A DNA stretch of 61,201 nt, filler included. It is 4 parts of 4 records of this genome, joined end to end, with 100 filler letters (N's around TTAATTAATTAA, not from the genome) between each part and the next. Parts side by side here need not be neighbours in the genome. Positions count along the whole stretch, not along the records: positions 48,592 to 61,201 come from DRR378314_1389; 3 more parts are not named here. One strand, given 5' to 3'. Positions 59,259 through 61,201 of this stretch are shown here, piece by piece. Under the pieces are notes generated by a model. That model was not told the origin of the DNA, did not search any database, and worked only from the letters and a program-made list of their open reading frames with translations. How positions within the stretch are numbered: position 1 is the first letter of the stretch; each line of letters opens with the position of its first letter. Both the position numbers and the translations under genes were made by a program.

Positions 59259-60456
59259 CGGACCATTTTCTCCTTGGCCTTCCTTTACTCTGGAAGAGGC
59301 CCAGGCTATTCAGGACGTACTGCTTTCCAACAGAGTGAACTATTGGACAGGCAAGGAGTGCGTTGAATTCGAAAAGGAGTTTGCTCAATTTGCCGAGACT
59401 AAGCATGCCATAGCGTTAGCAAATGGGACTAACGCGCTAGACTTAGCTCTGAAAGGGCTGGGTATTGGCGAAAAAGAGCATGAAGAGGTGATTGTTACCT
59501 CTCGTACTTTCGTGGCTTCTGCATCATGCATTGCCAATGCCGGGGCTGTGCCAATCTTTGCTGATGTTGATCGCGACTCTCAAAATATCACTGCCGCCAC
59601 GGTCGCTGAAAAAATTACCCCGCGCACTCGCGCTATTGTTGCCGTGCATCTAGCAGGATGGCCCTGCGAAATGCAGGAGCTCATGGCGTTGGCAGAGCAA
59701 TATGGGCTTTATGTCATCGAAGATTGCGCTCAGGCTCATGGCGCTCGTTATCAAGGTCGAAGCGTCGGAGGAATAGGTCATGTAGGGTGTTGGTCGTTCT
59801 GTCAGGACAAAATTATGACCACCGGTGGCGAAGGGGGAATGGTCACTACCAATGACATCGCGCTTTGGAAACGAATGTGGGCTTATAAAGATCATGGCAA
59901 GAGCTGGGACGCTGTCTATGTGCAAGAACATCCACCGGGTTTCCGCTGGTTGCATGATACGTTTGGCACCAATTGGCGCATGACTGAAATGCAGGCCGTC
60001 ATTGGTCGTATTCAACTTAAACGGATGCCTGAGTGGAGTGCGATTCGCCAGATGAATGCTCAACATATCTGGCAAGCTGCGTTGGATTGTAAAGGGTTGC
60101 GTGTACCTGATTTTTGTTTAGATATGACCTCTGGATCACGAAGGCAAGATACCAAGCATGCCGCTTATAAATGCTATGTATTCATTGATCCGCGTCAGCT
60201 ACGGGATGGCTGGGATCGCGATCGTATCCTGAGTGATATCAACCTAAGAGGAGTACCCTGTTTTCCAGGCAGTTGCTCTGAAGTATATCTCGAAAAGGCC
60301 TTTTTAAACGCTGGCTGGCAGCCACAAAGCAATTTGCCAGTTGCACAAGAGCTTGGTCAAACCAGTCTGATGTTTTTGTGCCATCCGACACTCTCCCAAG
60401 AAGAAATTGATAAGACATGTCAAGTGCTCAAAGAGGTCATGGCGCTAGCTGTTTAA
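59251..60456 (+). CDS. DegT/DnrJ sugar aminotransferase (PglE-like)
   Basis: NGTNAL, EDCAQAHGA, SFCQDKIMTTGGEGG (PLP Lys), GTNWRM. Confidence 0.93.
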   Translation: MLNGPFSPWPSFTLEEAQAIQDVLLSNRVNYWTGKECVEFEKEFAQFAETKHAIALANGTNALDLALKGLGIGEKEHEEVIVTSRTFVASASCIANAGAVPIFADVDRDSQNITAATVAEKITPRTRAIVAVHLAGWPCEMQELMALAEQYGLYVIEDCAQAHGARYQGRSVGGIGHVGCWSFCQDKIMTTGGEGGMVTTNDIALWKRMWAYKDHGKSWDAVYVQEHPPGFRWLHDTFGTNWRMTEMQAVIGRIQLKRMPEWSAIRQMNAQHIWQAALDCKGLRVPDFCLDMTSGSRRQDTKHAAYKCYVFIDPRQLRDGWDRDRILSDINLRGVPCFPGSCSEVYLEKAFLNAGWQPQSNLPVAQELGQTSLMFLCHPTLSQEEIDKTCQVLKEVMALAV

Positions 60457-60597
60457 TCATTTTTTCAAGCCTTCCAGAATTTAAAAGATCATCTGTCTTT
60501 AAAGCTACCTGCATTTAAAGCTCACTATTTAAAATAGCTAATGTCGGCAAACGAGCCCTCAACCTGTGTGGCTTGGTGTTTCGTTAAGGAGTTTTTT

Positions 60598-61201
60598 ATG
60601 AAGCCTAAGGTTGCTACCTCGAATAAGCGTTTTTTGCTGATATCGGGCACAAGCTATTCATTGGTCAATTTTCGAGGGCCATTGGTTCAAGCCCTGATCA
60701 AGGCTGGATTAGACGTCCATGTAGCTGCTCCAGGGCTTCTTGAAGACATGACTACTCGCCAGAAGCTTGAAGCCTGGGGAGCGGTTGCTCACGACTATCC
60801 GATGCAGAGAAATGGGCTAAACCCGTGGCGCGATGCTTTAACGCTGCACGCACTTTATCGTCTTATGTGCAAAATTCGCCCTGATATGGTGCTTAGCTAC
60901 ACAATCAAGCCAGTTGTCTACGGACTGCTAGCCGCCTGGTTGGCCAGAGTTCCTCGCCGCTATGCATTAGTTACCGGGCTGGGTTACGCATTTGCTAGTC
61001 AGGCCAGCGGCAAGCGTGCTCTGGTCTATCAAGTTGTGCGTAGGTTATATGCCGCGGCACTCAATAGAGCAGACAAGGTGTTTTTTCAGAATCCTGATGA
61101 TAACGCTTTGTTTCGTGAGTTGGGGATACTGCGTGAGAAGGTGCCTTCGCAGGTTCTCAATGGATCAGGGGTAGACATGAGTCATTTTACGGTAGCTCCT
61201 A
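60598..61201 (+). CDS. Glycosyltransferase family 4, 3'-truncated by window end
   Basis: Manual translation MKPKVATSNKRFLLISGTSYSLVNFRGPL...YTIKPVVYG...TGLG...FFQNPD..NGSGVD; RBS AAGGAG. Confidence 0.88.
   Translation, partial: MKPKVATSNKRFLLISGTSYSLVNFRGPLVQALIKAGLDVHVAAPGLLEDMTTRQKLEAWGAVAHDYPMQRNGLNPWRDALTLHALYRLMCKIRPDMVLSYTIKPVVYGLLAAWLARVPRRYALVTGLGYAFASQASGKRALVYQVVRRLYAAALNRADKVFFQNPDDNALFRELGILREKVPSQVLNGSGVDMSHFTVAP

Overview
The window is four unrelated contigs joined by artificial 100-nt spacers (N-run/TTAATTAATTAA/N-run at 21256-21355, 41323-41422, 48492-48591). Taxonomy is inferred from protein content and gene order. (1) 1-21255, Flavobacteriaceae-like: trpEGDCFBA plus ppc, yaaA, RluA-family, PASTA, ddl, coaD, a PAS histidine kinase/response regulator pair, peptidases and partial pyrE. 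The trp operon carries two kinds of repeat element. One kind is 7-nt-periodic inverted arrays: one copy encloses a four-helix-bundle gene (trpD-trpC) and one is empty (trpB-trpA). The other is YGTCA-tagged palindromes, one of them in frame inside trpF. (2) 21356-41322, Rhodobacterales core region: addB-murU-amgK-tsaE-divL-like, regB/senC/regA, ahcY, gpsA/tsaD, hemD-COG4223-hemY, with a perfect CtrA box and a candidate sRNA. (3) 41423-48491, Pseudoalteromonas-like: an rrn P1-type promoter at the contig edge, cnoX, an amidohydrolase, and topB cut exactly at its TOPRIM DxD motif by an element encoding an intact tyrosine recombinase plus a second, degenerate recombinase-like protein. (4) 48592-61201, Halomonas-like surface-polysaccharide locus, with an ATP-grasp gene in the usual acetyltransferase slot, a ParB/Srx-like gene and an atypical kinase. 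The best candidates for undescribed biology are the heptamer-stem/four-helix-bundle cassette and the topB-interrupting two-recombinase element. All calls come from reading the sequence; no searches were run.
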